Source: Trichosphaerium sp. ATCC 40318
Lineage: Eukaryota > Protista > Tubulinea
Length of the DNA stretch: 64,000 nucleotides
Reading direction: 5' to 3'
Assembly (NCBI GenBank): GCA_038496445.1
Contig: JALMLS010000403.1
Span: 18,816 to 82,815, forward strand
Shown in pieces: positions 42,893 through 56,399 of the stretch; the first letter of the stretch is position 1; every line of letters starts with the position of its first letter. The position numbers were made by a program, and so were the translations under genes. The notes under the pieces were generated by a model. The model made no database searches. It had not been told where the DNA came from and saw only the letters and a program-made list of their open reading frames with translations.

Positions 42893-45800
42893 CTAGTCTT
42901 CTTCTTCAAGGAAGTTGACTGAAAAAGATCCCCTTCGTTCCTGGCCGTGGTATCCAAAGTTATTACTTGTTCCGAAAGCCCATAATACAGTCATATTTCT
43001 AATCAAAAAAAAAATCAAAAAAAAACCTACTTTTGAAGAGCCCAAACAACTTCGTCATTTGACGTCGTTGTTCTTAAAATTGTTGTGATTGACGCACGTT
43101 GGTGTAATCACTTGATCGTATAGATCACCCGTATCCAATCTACGGGAAAAGTGAATGGTAGTGACATTATCACCATTAACAACTTGTTGAGTTCCTGAAA
43201 ACGAAAGCACATTATCTACAACAATGTCAGTTGAATTGAATGCACTATTCTTGGTAGTTTCCCGTACCTACTCCGCCTAGCTCTTCGTCCTTATATGGAG
43301 CACCATTACCAGTTCTATTTGAATAGTAGTCGTCCACGGAAAGAATTGAGCCATTGTGAAACGTTGCAATATAAAAATCGCCACCAGCCATTAAACCTAA
43401 CATACATGTTACTATTTCCGAGTTAACTAATAGTTTCACTAACTCGATGATTCACAATTATCAGAGCAAAGACCTAAACCACCCCACACGTGAGCCTTTA
43501 CAGTAATTCGGAACTAGAGATAACAAATTAGCTTCCAAAACAATGCAAAGCATACAATCCAGAAAAAGGCAGCAAAAAAATAACACTGTAGCGAAGCAAA
43601 AAAAAAAGAGGTAATTGTTTAACGTACAGTGATGAGATCTAGACCTTCTACAGAGCCCCACTCCAGTGTATAAAAATCGTTTACCTTCAAAGTCTTGTAG
43701 AAGGGTTTTCCTGAAAGAAAAACGTCAAAAATCACGTGATATTAAAGAGTATTCTTTTGTACTTTGTAGAGGAACAACTGTCTCTTCATTGGCAAGTGTG
43801 TAACTAAAAGAACCTTATGTCAATACAATGGTATAGATGTAAGCTCAATTTAAAAAAATACCTCATGATAGCCATTACTGCAACGTTTTTTTGAAGCTCT
43901 ACCTTGTCGACCTTATCGAAAGTGTCTGCATCTGTATGATGATAATAAAAGTACTTATATTCTGGCGCTTTACCACCTTCATTTGACATACTCATGCCAG
44001 GCACTAACTCAAAAGTCAAAGACACCACTCAAAGGAAGAAAAAAGGGCAATAAAAATACAAATCCGAGATTTGGCATCTTCAACCTTTGTCGTACCACCA
44101 TAATTCATCAATGGTTCAATATCGGCTCCTCCGCCACCATCTTGAACGCCTTCAGGTAGTATATCCTGCATATACTTACTAGCAATTTCTTGGACATAAA
44201 CCAAACCTTCATCGCCCTTATCACCCGAACTGTTAAAAAAACCCATTAACAAAATTTATGCTTATTTTTAGAAGCAAAACCTTACCCTGTGAACCCCATA
44301 TGTGTTGGATTGAATACACCTGAGTCCGACTCTATCGCAGCTATAGTATTTTCGACCTCTTTTGCGTGATTAAACAAATATTGTAATCCACCTTGACCGC
44401 CATTTTCCTGGACAGAAAATATTAGAAATCGTTGGTAGGTTACTCCAGCTGTTTGTTTTAGATAAATAGAAACATGATCATTGGGAATCGTTAGGACCGC
44501 TAGAAACGTCAAGAACGAACATCATAGATGAGATGTTCAGACTATACACAGTAGTGTGGTATACAACAAAAAAAAGTTAAACACATTTTTCTCATTGTGC
44601 AACGTTTCTAATTGTTCTGGTGTTTCTCGTTCGTTTTGATGTCTAAATTCTCACCTCGTTTGTCCACATGACAGCTCTTATTGTACGTTTAGGTCTTAAA
44701 CCCTCCGAAGAATTGGATAATTCCTTCAATAATCGAACTACTTCCCATGCAATAAAAGCACCACCTCCATCATCTTGAGCGCCTTCACCGACATCCCAAG
44801 AGTCAATATGGCCTCCGATTACAACAATCTCATCAGGGTACTCACTACCAGTAATCTCAGCCATCACTACATTCCATTAAAACAATCAACTTGTCATGCT
44901 TTTTTTTGTCTTAGAAATAAATGATGTTTGCACAACGATAGAACAGCATGGTGTTGTATACTATCGTTATGCTTTTGTTGTATTCAATCAAGAAACAAAA
45001 ATGTACCATTGTGAGATATAGCGTCTGCTTCTTGACTACAATTAAGTACCAAGTGAACAGTGATGTTCTCTCCTCGATCATGAATGCGTTGCATTAGTTC
45101 TGCATCTAGAAATCATTGTTACTTTATTGTTATAAAATATGCGCTTGTTAATGTATTTTTGTTTTTTGGTCTGGTACCTTCTACTGTAACTGCGACTGCT
45201 GGAATTTTTGGTGACCCATTTTCATAATATACAGTTCCAGTGTGAGGTGTTTGAAGAGAGAAAGTTGTTACTGAACGTGTGAGCGATGCAATGGCGCCAT
45301 AAGCAGATGCTCGATCAGCACCCAACGTTCTATATTGTACAGTAATACCATAATTAGTAAACGGAACATTATAAAGAACCTATAATGAGGTGTAAGTTGC
45401 CACCAATAACAAGAAAATGTGATAGAAAAAAAAAAGAAAAAAGGTACTGAGCGTTAGCTCTCCTTGAAAATTCAGTGTGTTGTCAAATAACGAAAAAACC
45501 AGTATGTGCTATAAGAGGGTATAAACAACGCACAATTTTTCCGTTGACAAGGTCCTTCTTATCATCAAGATCTGTAAAATTAGAAACTATCACGACTATT
45601 GTTTAAATCACGTGTTAGCTATAATACAGCGCATCTAGTGTATTTCTAACAACGAACCTTGGCCTGTTAAGCCGCTAATGTCGGGTGTTGCCACAGAACC
45701 TCCTAATGCTAATATATTCATAGGCTTTGACATAGGAGCAGTCATCCTCAAAGTCTCTAATCAACATAATAAATAAATAAAACTCGAAGAAAAAAAAAAC

Positions 45801-46529
45801 AAATGGTGAGGACAGGAGTTCATACCAATATCACCACGCTTCCAATTGGGTACAAGTACTTCTTCTGTTTGAACATTATCCTAACAGAAAGTAATATGAG
45901 TAAAAAAAAAAGCACGTGAGAAAAAGGAATGTAACTTCAAGCCAGTTTTGGTTTTTGATTGATCAATAATGCTCATTCCGAGATTAAAGTAAACATGTTT
46001 TGAGGTATGTACCAGACCGTCGTTTATCATTTCGTCTTTTATCCATTCTAAAGCGTCTTCTAGAGACTCAGAACCACTCAGACGCGCAGGGAACTTATCA
46101 CATAGGTATCCAAGGCGCTCATAGCATATATCGCTTGAGAGGGCTGCTTCTTTAATTGTTTTTACATTGAATGCCAGAGACAAGTCTTGTACTTCTAGAA
46201 AGATGTTTTAGAGCGTATCAACCAAAGAAAGAAATGTTTGATTGGAATGTTCCGTGTCAACATCTAATACGCACTTCTTAGGCCTAGAACGATTGCTACT
46301 ACAGTAACAACCACTAAAAAGAAAGTTACATTAATATAAACACAAGAATGGGAATAAATACCAAGTATTACGCCTAGAGCTGCTGCAATTGCGATACGCT
46401 TTCTAAACTAATATGTATTATAATCATATTTGTACAAAAATCCGAAAAGATTTATACCTCACGCTTTTTCTTGGCTTCATCATCTCCTGGTACTATAAGA
46501 GGTTCATCCTCTATACTAGACTCTGCCAT
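42893..46529 (-). CDS. CPQ: Membrane-anchored carboxypeptidase Q (M28) fused to a C-terminal DOMON domain
   Basis: RLSGSESLE, SLQTPHTG, GGHIDSWDVGEGAQDDGGG, WTNEE, ESDSG and YHHTDADT. The spliced frame continues into YTLEW..WGGLG..MAGGD..FSRRLDTGD..WAFG..YHG*. Confidence 0.85.
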
Positions 46530-46952
46530 ACGATGCTACACAAACTCGCAGTCACCGTTTTAAGCAGAAACTTCCCTAACTTTCGTAACATTGTTCAATA
46601 ATTAGTATTACAATCCTCCCCCGCTTGTTTGTACGGGTGACACGTCAACCAACATACCGAGGCACATTCACATATCAACCACTTCAAACAATGCATTATT
46701 GGTACTAATCTAGAGGTAGAGATGTCAATAAATCACTTTCACGTGTTTTTATTTACTGTAACACGTGAAATGACCTTTTCGGTTTTTTGAATTTCACGAC
46801 TCTTCGGACATATGCTTTCGTCGTTCTTTAGACTAATTGAAACAGCTTAACGGCGAAGAACAATCGTTCGACTTTTTGTTTGAATTTTCTGTACAGGGCT
46901 TTGACGGTTTTTTTTTCTTACAGTTACAATTTTTTCTTTTGTTTTTTTTTTT

Positions 46953-49908
46953 CTAAAAGAGCCATTTTCTGCATTTTTCTGCACCACATAAACATGCTAT
47001 TGAGTTTTTATGTCTCTCTATGATAGGATACTTATAATCAAACGTTATTTCTTCACCTGACTTTATAAAACGCTTTGTAAAGAAAGCAACTCTAGGTCTC
47101 TGAGGATGTTCATCAACAATCACCTTTTTAAAGAAAAAACAAGTCAGCATTCGATCACATAGAAAACTACGTTGTACTTACCGCAACACAGTTTAAGTTT
47201 GGATCACAAGAATGGTTAATAAACCTAGATACATTTGAAGACCGTGATGCATCAATTGAAAACGAAGCATCACCATCAAAATCAAGATCAAAAAGATAAC
47301 TCAACTTTACAGCATCATACTGTTCACCACGTTTTTTAGCTTCTTCAACAGGAATGATTTCTCCAGTATACTCACTAACAAACTTTCCATGTGGAATATC
47401 CTCTTTAGCACGTACTCCCCACCCTCGGTTTTTAGTCTTAAAAATCTAAACATGGTGTTAATCATTCAACAAAGTACAACAAGTTGCTCTATTCGTGCCT
47501 CAAGCTTTACAGTGATACCTTTTTGAACAAGCCGGTTTGTACAAGTAGGCGCTATAGCAGGTAAGTAGAGCTAAGCAAGTACAAAACCTGAAATATATAG
47601 GGACATACGGCATTTGCAGTTACTGTTACACTCATATATTTTACGTGGAAGAAATTTAAGGCACCCATTGCTATCATAAGCTGAATCACCATGAGGTAGA
47701 TTTGCATCTTGCATAGCTGTCTTGAACTCTGCTATGCAAGTACATCCAGATCCTTTACAAGAAGCTAGATCGAAAAAAAGTCAAGAAAAGAGCCAAACTG
47801 AAGAAAAAAGAAGGCTAAAAAATACACCAACAATTCAACAGAATAATGACGTACAAGTACAACGACAACCAGCAACCCACCATAATGCATCATTTGGATC
47901 TTCCATTGCTTCAAGCTCTTTACCAAGAAAACATGTAGCAACAAACTATTGGTTGACAAAGAAGTTAGATTTACAAAGATAATGTGATATATGCCGTCAT
48001 ACAGTCATTTCTGGAAATCCTTCATCATCTACTTCATTGACTGCACGAAGGTTATAAGGACAAGTACCACGTGATACATCCTCTAGAATCTTTGGAACAC
48101 GTTTTACTTTTTCTATTGGATATGGCAATGATGGCGTTTCAATAACTGGGATAGCAGGTACGACATCTTCCATTTCTTCATCGTCATCTGAAAAACTAAT
48201 GTCTGAATCATAACTGTCAACGGCTTTAAAGAAAGTTAGATATAGCTATCACGAAGGTTTACAAACATCGAATTTGTACATACCATTTGATTCATTAAAC
48301 TTTTTATCTGGATGCTGTTTGAAGGATGCAAAAGTGTCTAAACAAAGACAACAGTAAGTACTGACTCTAATGCCAAAACAAAAAAAAAAGATAAACTATT
48401 GACAAACCTGTGAACTCTAGTCCTTCAATTAAAGATGCATCAATCTTATCTCCAATAATACAAGGTGTCTCCTTCTTAGAGAATACCTCTCTAACTGCAT
48501 CATAGTTCATATTATTTTTTGTAACATACCTAGATGTTGTAAACGAAATGAAACAAGTTTTGATAAGAATAAAAAACAAAAACTGAACATACTGGCCCAT
48601 CTTGTGCAAAGCACTATAAATGTCTTTAGATTCAAAATTATCCGCCATTTGTTCTATATTTTGGGCCTTAGACATCCATAAAGTCATTTTATCAAGTGCT
48701 TCAGGTGCAAACCCGCCACCTTGAGAAAGAAAATCAGCAGGACAAAAACCAAACTTATGTTTGATACTCTTACCTTGCAGTAGCTCATGTAATTGTCTCG
48801 CAATCTCAAGAAAATACTCATTATACGTATCATGTCTTGTTGCCCAATGGTACGCCCTCTATAAAAGACATATACATAAGCAAATCAAAGAAGTAGCAAG
48901 CTCTTGTTGACTGATTAAACTCAAGAACAACAACAACAAAAAAACCCAAACAAAAAAAAAGTGGAGCCTCAAACGTACTCGTCCTAACCACTTTTCTTCA
49001 ATATCAATCAAAGGTCGACCAAATAGTATACTAAGAGCATGTAATATAGTACAAGAAAAGTTTCCTTTGCCGGTACTAATCATCTTAGTTTTGATATTCT
49101 CCATTAGATCATTTTCAAATATTGTGAATGCTTTTGGAGCTCTCGCTCTTCTTCGTCTAGTCCTATACATGAAAGTGAACAAAAATAAATCCAGCAAACC
49201 AGACCGGAAACCCCCCAAAAAGAAATGAAGAAAAAAGAAAGCAATCTCGCTTGAGATAGAGGTCTTCTTTTGGTAAGATTTTTTTTTTTTTTTTTTGCTT
49301 CTTTCAACTCTTTTAGACGATACATACTTTCTAAGCTCAACCCATTGTTTTTTCCCATATTCATCAGCCAATAGCTTACCAATAGGACCATCTATACAGT
49401 CCATCAAATTAATCCATTCAACCGGTGTATTTTTTGCTTGTTTTGAAGTAGTTGAGTCTCTAGAGCTTCTAAGAGGTATTCTCTCATCTGTTATGGAGTC
49501 TTCCATTTTTGATGATGATGCAGCGCTCTTCTCGCTTGTATTATCCTCTCCTTTATAATCAATCATATCACCATCTTCATCATCATACCCAACATTTGTA
49601 TCTGTGTCCATTGGTGTTGGTGTTTCGTCTGTACGTGTAAGAGAAGTCGGCTCATCGCTGATTGATTTTGTGAAAGTCTTGTTTGTTTGATGCCACGGTT
49701 TGCTTGTATGACCTGTAGGACCACGCTCTGATACCGTATTGTCCTGGACCTTTCCCAATAGTACACTTAAAGGTGCTTCAAATGGATTATAAGAGAGTTT
49801 GGTTCGCTTTCGTGGTGGAAAGTTTGGTTCGGTTATACCGCCTAATGCCGCTGTTGATACACCACCAAATACCTTGGGTTGTTTGTTTATTTTGACGCTG
49901 CGTCCCAT
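46953..49908 (-). CDS. SUV39H/Clr4-like H3K9 methyltransferase (pre-SET, SET, post-SET); start uncertain
   Basis: IYECNSNC..CTNRLVQKG, RGWGVRA, EYTGEII, YLFDLD, RFINHSCDPN, EITFDY and CLCGAEKCRKWLF*. Confidence 0.92.
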
Positions 49909-50511
49909 ATTCGATGGGGATTGTGTAAGGCCAAACCCATTTAACAAGAAGTTGTAGCGGGGCCCTGCACGCTCTTTCCTGTATATATTGACGATTCCAT
50001 TGCTATTAATTACGTTATTACGTATTTTAAATTGTAAAAAACGAACCCATCAAGAGGAGACTCCATCATGGATATATTGATTGGCGCCAATATTGTATTG
50101 TAGAGCAAAAAAAGAAAGGTCAAGATTGAGTCAAGTATTGGTTTTTTTTTAATTTCAAAATCAGCCTTTCTTTATCCCAAAATAAGGTTTTTTTTCTTGT
50201 TGATGTAATGTTTAAGAAGTTATTTCAATCGTGCGACAGCGCACGTTTTATTTGTCAGTTTATGAATGCACATGCCAGTACCATCTTCCAGAATACCTTT
50301 GTACTTTAGCTTTTGTGAATTGTCTGTATGCTAGGATGATTTACCTTGTCAACCAAAGCAGTTTACCGCAATTACGGTCACTTAAAGTCAATTTTCCTTT
50401 TTTCGTACAAAACTTGTCTGGACACTATTTTCAGTACCAGAGATTGCGCAAAGGCTCTCCTTTCGCTGTGAAACAATTGGCTACACCTCTTAACCGTTTA
50501 AATTGATTACT

Positions 50512-52407
50512 ATGTTCGGTTTGCGAGAAGAGGGTATTGTTAGAGGTGTATCTAGCACTGAAATATCTGGTTTTCGCGTGCCTAGGGTCACTAGTGATCC
50601 AGCTTCGAGCACAGAACAAGGAGGTGCGTATATTGGTGCTTTGCGTATTTAAGGAGCTAGGGAACGCTGACATATACTCCTCGTTTTCGCTATTGAAGCA
50701 GTACCAAGATTACATTCTGTGCGTACCAAATTTCGAAATAACGCTTACCAAACGCTAGATATACAACACCAGAACACGGTGTTAGTATGGTACACTTTAA
50801 TTGTTTGCAACAACAGTTAACTTACATTAAACCGTAGTTCCGCATCATTGAGGACCTTACAGAAAAAACTGGAGTTGCCTTAGAGCGTATTTTTACCTGG
50901 CAACCGAAGAGGAAGTACGAACGAATATAATACGCTACAACCTTACCACATCAAGGATACGAAAGCTGAAAATTGATCGGGGCATGTTATACGTACTTCA
51001 CAACCAAGTAGTAGTTTACGACATCTTACAAGATTGGGTACGCCCTATACTCACCAGTACGCATCTCATATATACCAGGATGATCAACCAGCGCCTCGTC
51101 AGAAGTTTTATGGCTTAGTAAACTCTCACGAGGATCAAGTTTTAGACTTTTGTCTAGGCGTCTCCAATTCGTTTGCAGTACGCCATACAACGCCCTAACA
51201 CCCTCATGATATTCACTTCACCATAGACACTCGTATTTACAGCATCAAGAGACTGTACTATCAAGGCTTGGACAACTGTACATGATCCATTTATTGCAAT
51301 TTTTTTATGTGACTAACTTTTTCTCCTTTAAAAAAGACAACAGATGTGACAATGTACCAGACTTATGAAGGTGCCAAAGACGCTATAAATTGTGTCAAAC
51401 TTCTCTATGATTATGTCATTGGTACAAAACGAATTTGACATTTTCAAAACACGTGCTTAATATTATGTTATAGGTGCGTGTTCTGATAGTTGTGTCTATG
51501 TTTGGAAACGTGAGGTACTGAATCACTCAGAAAGTTTTTTATGACGTTGGTCGTTTTTTACTAAGTGTTTGTGATGGTACCTTAGACAGGTGAAATGTCC
51601 TTTAAGTTGACGGGTCACTCGAAGCCTGTTATTGCTGTACATGTTGGTGGTAGATTAAGAGCAAGTAAAAGAATTATTAGCTATTCAATTGACGGGACAA
51701 TACGCGAATGGTCTCTTGGTGTACGACCGTGTTCATTTTTGGTTTTTGTGCTTACAAATTGTAGAAAAATACAAATAAGATAAAAGGAAAGATGGCTATT
51801 GATAGATCATGTGTTTTTAAGCTTGTTTGGATAGCTAAGGATAAGCACTTGATATTAATATGGAACAGAGACCAACTTACTCTCAACATTGTAACTTATA
51901 CACCTAAAGGACAGGTAGCATTAAAAGCACTAAACCAAAAACAAAAATCACTGACAGTCTTGAACTAACCTTTACCTTCAGAGTACTTCTCTTAGATCTA
52001 ATGTATACTCATTTAAAGTATCTAATAAGCGCCTGTTCTGGGGAAAGCCTGCTGCTCTACACCGTGAGGTACAGATTTTATTCGAACGTTGCTTTCTTTG
52101 ATGTTTTGACCAATGTTGATTAATGATTGCATAGAGTTTGAGGGAACCTTCCATGGAATTTCAACTACTGACTTCTAAGAATAAGTCACTTATAGTAACA
52201 TGTACACTACCAGTGAGGTTACAATCAGGACGCAAGTTTGTACTTGTTGGCAGTCAGTTAAAGGTACACTTTTGGGTGTTTTGAGTGTATTTTCATTTTT
52301 TATTTACTTGTTTTACTGTTTTGAAGCGTCGTATTCTAACTTTGTTTTACGTTTAGGCCAGACCTCAAATATGGCCTTGGCCGTTACCATATGCAGGAGA
52401 TGCATAA
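50512..52407 (+). CDS. WD40-repeat protein (multi-exon)
   Basis: HEDQVLDF..VFTASRDCTIKAW, ACSDSCVYVWK and LTGHSKPV..SYSIDGTIREW. Confidence 0.75.
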
Positions 52408-52661
52408 ACCTTGTCACATATTGTTAATTTAATAAAAAAAGAAAAGAGACTAACACAAGTCTGTAATAACTTATTTATTTTTTGGCTTTTTTTTTGTTTT
52501 CGAAAGTACGGTTGCTAAAAAGAAATCTTTTACAAGCCAAACCCCTTACACAAAAGAGTTTAATGTACTGTAATAAGTGAATGTAGTAATTTCTCAACAA
52601 TAAAGTGGCTTAAGTCTGGTCCACAAAAGATTGAAGTGGAGAATATTTACAGTTAAGCTAT

Positions 52662-53295
52662 TCAAGATGATGCTTCGCTTTTTCCACTTTCTTCTTCTGT
52701 GGTTTCGTCCAATTTTTTTTGTTTTTGGTCATGATTATAACGCAGGTAAATAGATCTCCTAAAAAAACTTATCAGTGACTTACACATTCACGTGAAAAAA
52801 AAAAAGGCACGTGCAAAAATACCCATTGTTTTTATCATTTTTTGTACCTTTTTGTTTTCTTTTTCTTCTTCATTTGAGCCTCCCCTGCACTTCTTGCTCT
52901 GGTTCTTCTGTTCACGTTACCTCGTATTCTACAAGGCACACCAACTAAAGCATCTTTTTTGCCAGTTGGTTTTGGTGGAGGTAAAGCGTTATAAGTGTTT
53001 CTCAATTTACGTGGTGGTTGCTCTTCTTCGTCTTCCTTTTTTTTAACTTCATTATGTATCGTGTTGTATTCCTTTGACAAACCTCTCAAATGCCTGCGCT
53101 TAATGCGAGATGTTGTAGGGCTGCTTTGAGTTCGTTTACTTTAAAAATAAAATTAAAACTCTATTTCAGCATATTTGTTGGTACGTACTGATGCTTCTTC
53201 TTTCTTATACGTGCTGCAGACTGTCTTCTAGTTCGCTTTCTTTCTTTAGCCTCCGTTGGTTCCTGTTCTAGGGCATACTTTGATGTGGTTTTCAT
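52662..53295 (-). CDS. Small basic, probably nuclear, hypothetical protein
   Basis: Spliceable Lys/Arg-rich frame (MKTTSKY..., KKKHHKRTQSSP, PPRKLRNTYNALPPP). The model needs one GC-AG intron. Confidence 0.45.
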
Positions 53296-53646
53296 GCTTG
53301 AACTATGCAAACTTGTGTTGGAGCGGAGCGGTTGCCAAGCTCAAATTGCTGAACCGAATCGGAGTCCGTTGAATACTAAGCTACTACTCGGTTCGCAATT
53401 AAACGTCACAAACTACATGCCCAAAAACGTCACGTCTGCTTACATTATCTCCACTGGACACATGGCGTGACAACGGTTAAAACCATCTCATTTAAAATTT
53501 GTGCACTAATGTCGGTTGGTACGCGACGTTTAAGGTACCGTCATGTTTTCGGCACGAAGGTATTAACCAAAACAGCAACAATTAACAAGTAACAGTGTTT
53601 ACTAACACGTAATAATCAAATACATTTAGTACGTCACTATAGTGAC

Positions 53647-54692
53647 TTAGTTGGTATCAACGTCTACCTCGACGCTAAATTCAGGGTCTGCTCCGCCTTC
53701 TGCTCTGAAACCACCGTTGTTTTGTCCAGATACTGCTTGGTACTTTCCGCTGTCTTGAGTGGCGCTGTAGTTATCGTGGGAGGATTGTGGACCTGCAGCA
53801 TCACCTACTTGTCTGAAACCGCCTCCGTTGGTACCACTTGACTGTACAGCGTTAATTTTTGATCATTTAACGATAAAAAAATTCTAACGCTTCCAATAAC
53901 AGCGAACTTAAAGAATAAGTTGAAAAAAAAACGTACTTGAAATTTGCCTGAGTCTTGAGTGGCAGTGTAGTTATCGTGGGAGGATTGTGGTCCAGCTGCG
54001 GTGTTTACTTGACGGAAACCACCGTTGTTAGAACCTGACGATTGGTATTTACCAGAGTCTTGTGTAGCGGTGTAATTAGCATGGGAGGATTGTGGTCCAG
54101 CTGCGTTGTTTACTTGACGGTAACCACCAGCAGTGTTTCCAGACTTCTGATGAGGGAGATCAGTAAAAAGTCCACAAATGGCAAGTAAAACGCGCGTACT
54201 TGGTATTTACCAGAGTCTTGAGTTGCGGTGTAATTAGCGTGGGAGGATTGAGGTCCAGCGGCTTTGTTTACTTGACGGTAACCGCCAGCGTTGCTACCAG
54301 ACTTCTGGTACTTACCAGAGTCTTGTGTGGCAACGTAGTTAACGTGTGATGACTGTGGGCCAGCAGCTTTGTTTACTGAGCGGTATCCACCAGCGTTGTT
54401 TCCAGACCTTTGGTATTTGCCTGAATCTTGTGTAGCGACGTAGTTCACATGGGATGATTGTGGTCCAGCTGCGCTACCGACTCTACGGAAACCGCCTGAG
54501 GTACCGGCGCCTAAAACAAGCGTTAATAATCACCAGCTATCATACCGCGTGTAAACACTGCGCTTTACGCTTGCAAATGATTTTCGGTTGCGCAAAAAAC
54601 TTGATCAAAAGCGTACCAAGCATTTTGCCTGGATCAGCTGTAGCAGAGTGTTTAGATGTGGAAGAACCTGGTCCTTTGAATACTGGTCTCAT
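53647..54692 (-). CDS. Protein made almost entirely of six 35-aa G/S/Q/N/Y-rich tandem repeats
   Basis: Four exons. The unit AAGPQSSHxNYxATQDSGK[YF]QxSGxxxGG[YF]RxVxx occurs 6 times, with a degenerate N-terminal unit and the acidic end DPEFSVEVDVDTN*. Confidence 0.85.
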
Positions 54693-54944
54693 GTTGCTTG
54701 TTTAATGTGTAGTGGGTGTAAAGAAAAATACTTAGCTGAAAAAAATTGGCCCAAAACGGCATTAAGCCACTTAAAAATTATCACTGTGCTAGTAAATTCC
54801 ACATCTGACAGTTGTACTGTGCAACTTGTTTTATGAGTATATCTGTTATTGATAAGCTATCGGAAATATTACAGTCAATTTGAGAAACTCGACATTTTTT
54901 CGTAAACAACATAATTTTTTAATGGAGTGACCTCACAATCTGTA

Positions 54945-55605
54945 ATGTCGGCGCGGGTGTTGCGGTTTTGTAATCTAGCGGTATCTATAGCCGAAAAGTC
55001 GTCTATGGACTTTAAACACGGTGCTGTTTGTGTAAAGGGTACTATTTCGCCAAAATTTAACGTTTAACAGCGTAAGGTAATAAAATACGCGCCGTTGGCT
55101 GGAATAAACCAAGGACATGCGTTCAGTCTGTAACTGTGCCATCTTTGCACGCTGAGATAGACTGCCTCAAGAACAAGTCAGTAGAAACGATTGCAGGTAA
55201 ACCCACAAATTCAAGCTTCAAATAAATGTTAGTTTGACACTTTGTAGGCTCTGAGCTATTTATTGCGCGTGTGTCTTCCACTGGTTTAGGCGTACGGTAA
55301 ATACGACGCTTACAAATTACAAACTTCTATGTAGAACTCAAAACCGTGCCGTCATTGCTTAGAGACGATAAAGTAAGTTTACCAAGCCATAAGTTTACAA
55401 CTGCTAATCTCAAAACAGGACGTTCCAGATAAAGAGGGTTGTATACTCTACAAGAGATGGCTGGGTGAGCGAACTGGTGCGTGACATACAAGCCTACGAC
55501 AAGGAGGAGTACATATCACACCTTCAAGAAATAAACGGCACAGGAACTCCAAGCAGCAAGCCTGTTATTCAAGTGGCCGTGCCACGCTTTAGATACCGAC
55601 AATAA
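54945..55605 (+). CDS. Zinc-dependent cytidine/dCMP deaminase-fold protein (5 exons; absent from the ORF track)
   Basis: Spliced sequence: FKHGAVCVKGNKIRAVGWN..SLHAEIDCL..LFIARV..NSKPCRHCLETIK.FQIKRVVYST, giving HAE plus PCxxC. Confidence 0.85.
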
Positions 55606-55757
55606 AAGAATCCGTGTTTAACATTTGTAAATAAAAACCCTCATTGTTCAATCTTCGTTTTGAAGCTTTATTTTGTACTAGGGCACCTTTGCGGTATAAA
55701 CCATAACTTGTCGGTTAACTACAAAACAGGTTTGGGCTGAATTCACCATGACAACTG

Positions 55758-56399
55758 TCACGCTTGGCCGTATTTTTTGTTTGGGTTTGTGGCAGTTGTC
55801 TCCACTATCCATCCTTTATTTATCAGTGCAACTGCAATTTTTGCAATGTTCTTTGAGTCATCAAGGCCAGAATGATGTTGGCCTGTCAGTGGGATTTTCA
55901 ATTTTCTGAGCATCTTTGCCATTGTGTTTCTTGAGACTACCTTATACGGTAAGTTACCAGTCTTTTTGTCTATTATTGCAGTGAAAGGCCTCTTCAAATT
56001 GACCCATGATCTCAAGTAGACAGGTGGAAGAGGAAGGTTTCGTCTTGATATCTCTGACGGGACCGCAGTACCTAAATCCCAATCGCCACATGTGACTGCA
56101 GCTAATTTGGTAGCGTCTAGGTTTTTTGAGTCTATCCAAGCGTAAAACTCTTTCAACACAACCGTCAGAGGTTCTGCAGCGTCAACAGTCGCTTGTGGTA
56201 TCTTGGTAACTTCTTTACATTTAGATGACAGCTGTTTATGAAAAATAGGCCTAACGTAGCGTCGAAACGTATCAAGAACCTCTCCAGTAGCTATATTAAC
56301 AATAACACAAGGAAACTCGATAATCTCCCACGTTTTGGAGTCAGGTACGTCTCCAGTCGCTTCAAAATCCATTACGAGTAAGTGTGAGTACTGTTGCAT
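55758..56399 (-). CDS. ERI1/ERI3-like DEDDh 3'-5' exoribonuclease, intronless
   Basis: MDFEAT, EIIEFP, TCGDWD and GQHHSGLDDSKNIA. Confidence 0.9.
   Translation of the reverse strand: MQQYSHLLVMDFEATGDVPDSKTWEIIEFPCVIVNIATGEVLDTFRRYVRPIFHKQLSSKCKEVTKIPQATVDAAEPLTVVLKEFYAWIDSKNLDATKLAAVTCGDWDLGTAVPSEISRRNLPLPPVYLRSWVNLKRPFTAIIDKKTGNLPYKVVSRNTMAKMLRKLKIPLTGQHHSGLDDSKNIAKIAVALINKGWIVETTATNPNKKYGQA

Noticed and set aside
53700-54480. 105-nt repeats as a satellite or CRISPR array
   Set aside because: The variation is mostly synonymous and interrupted by spliceosomal introns, so these are coding repeats.
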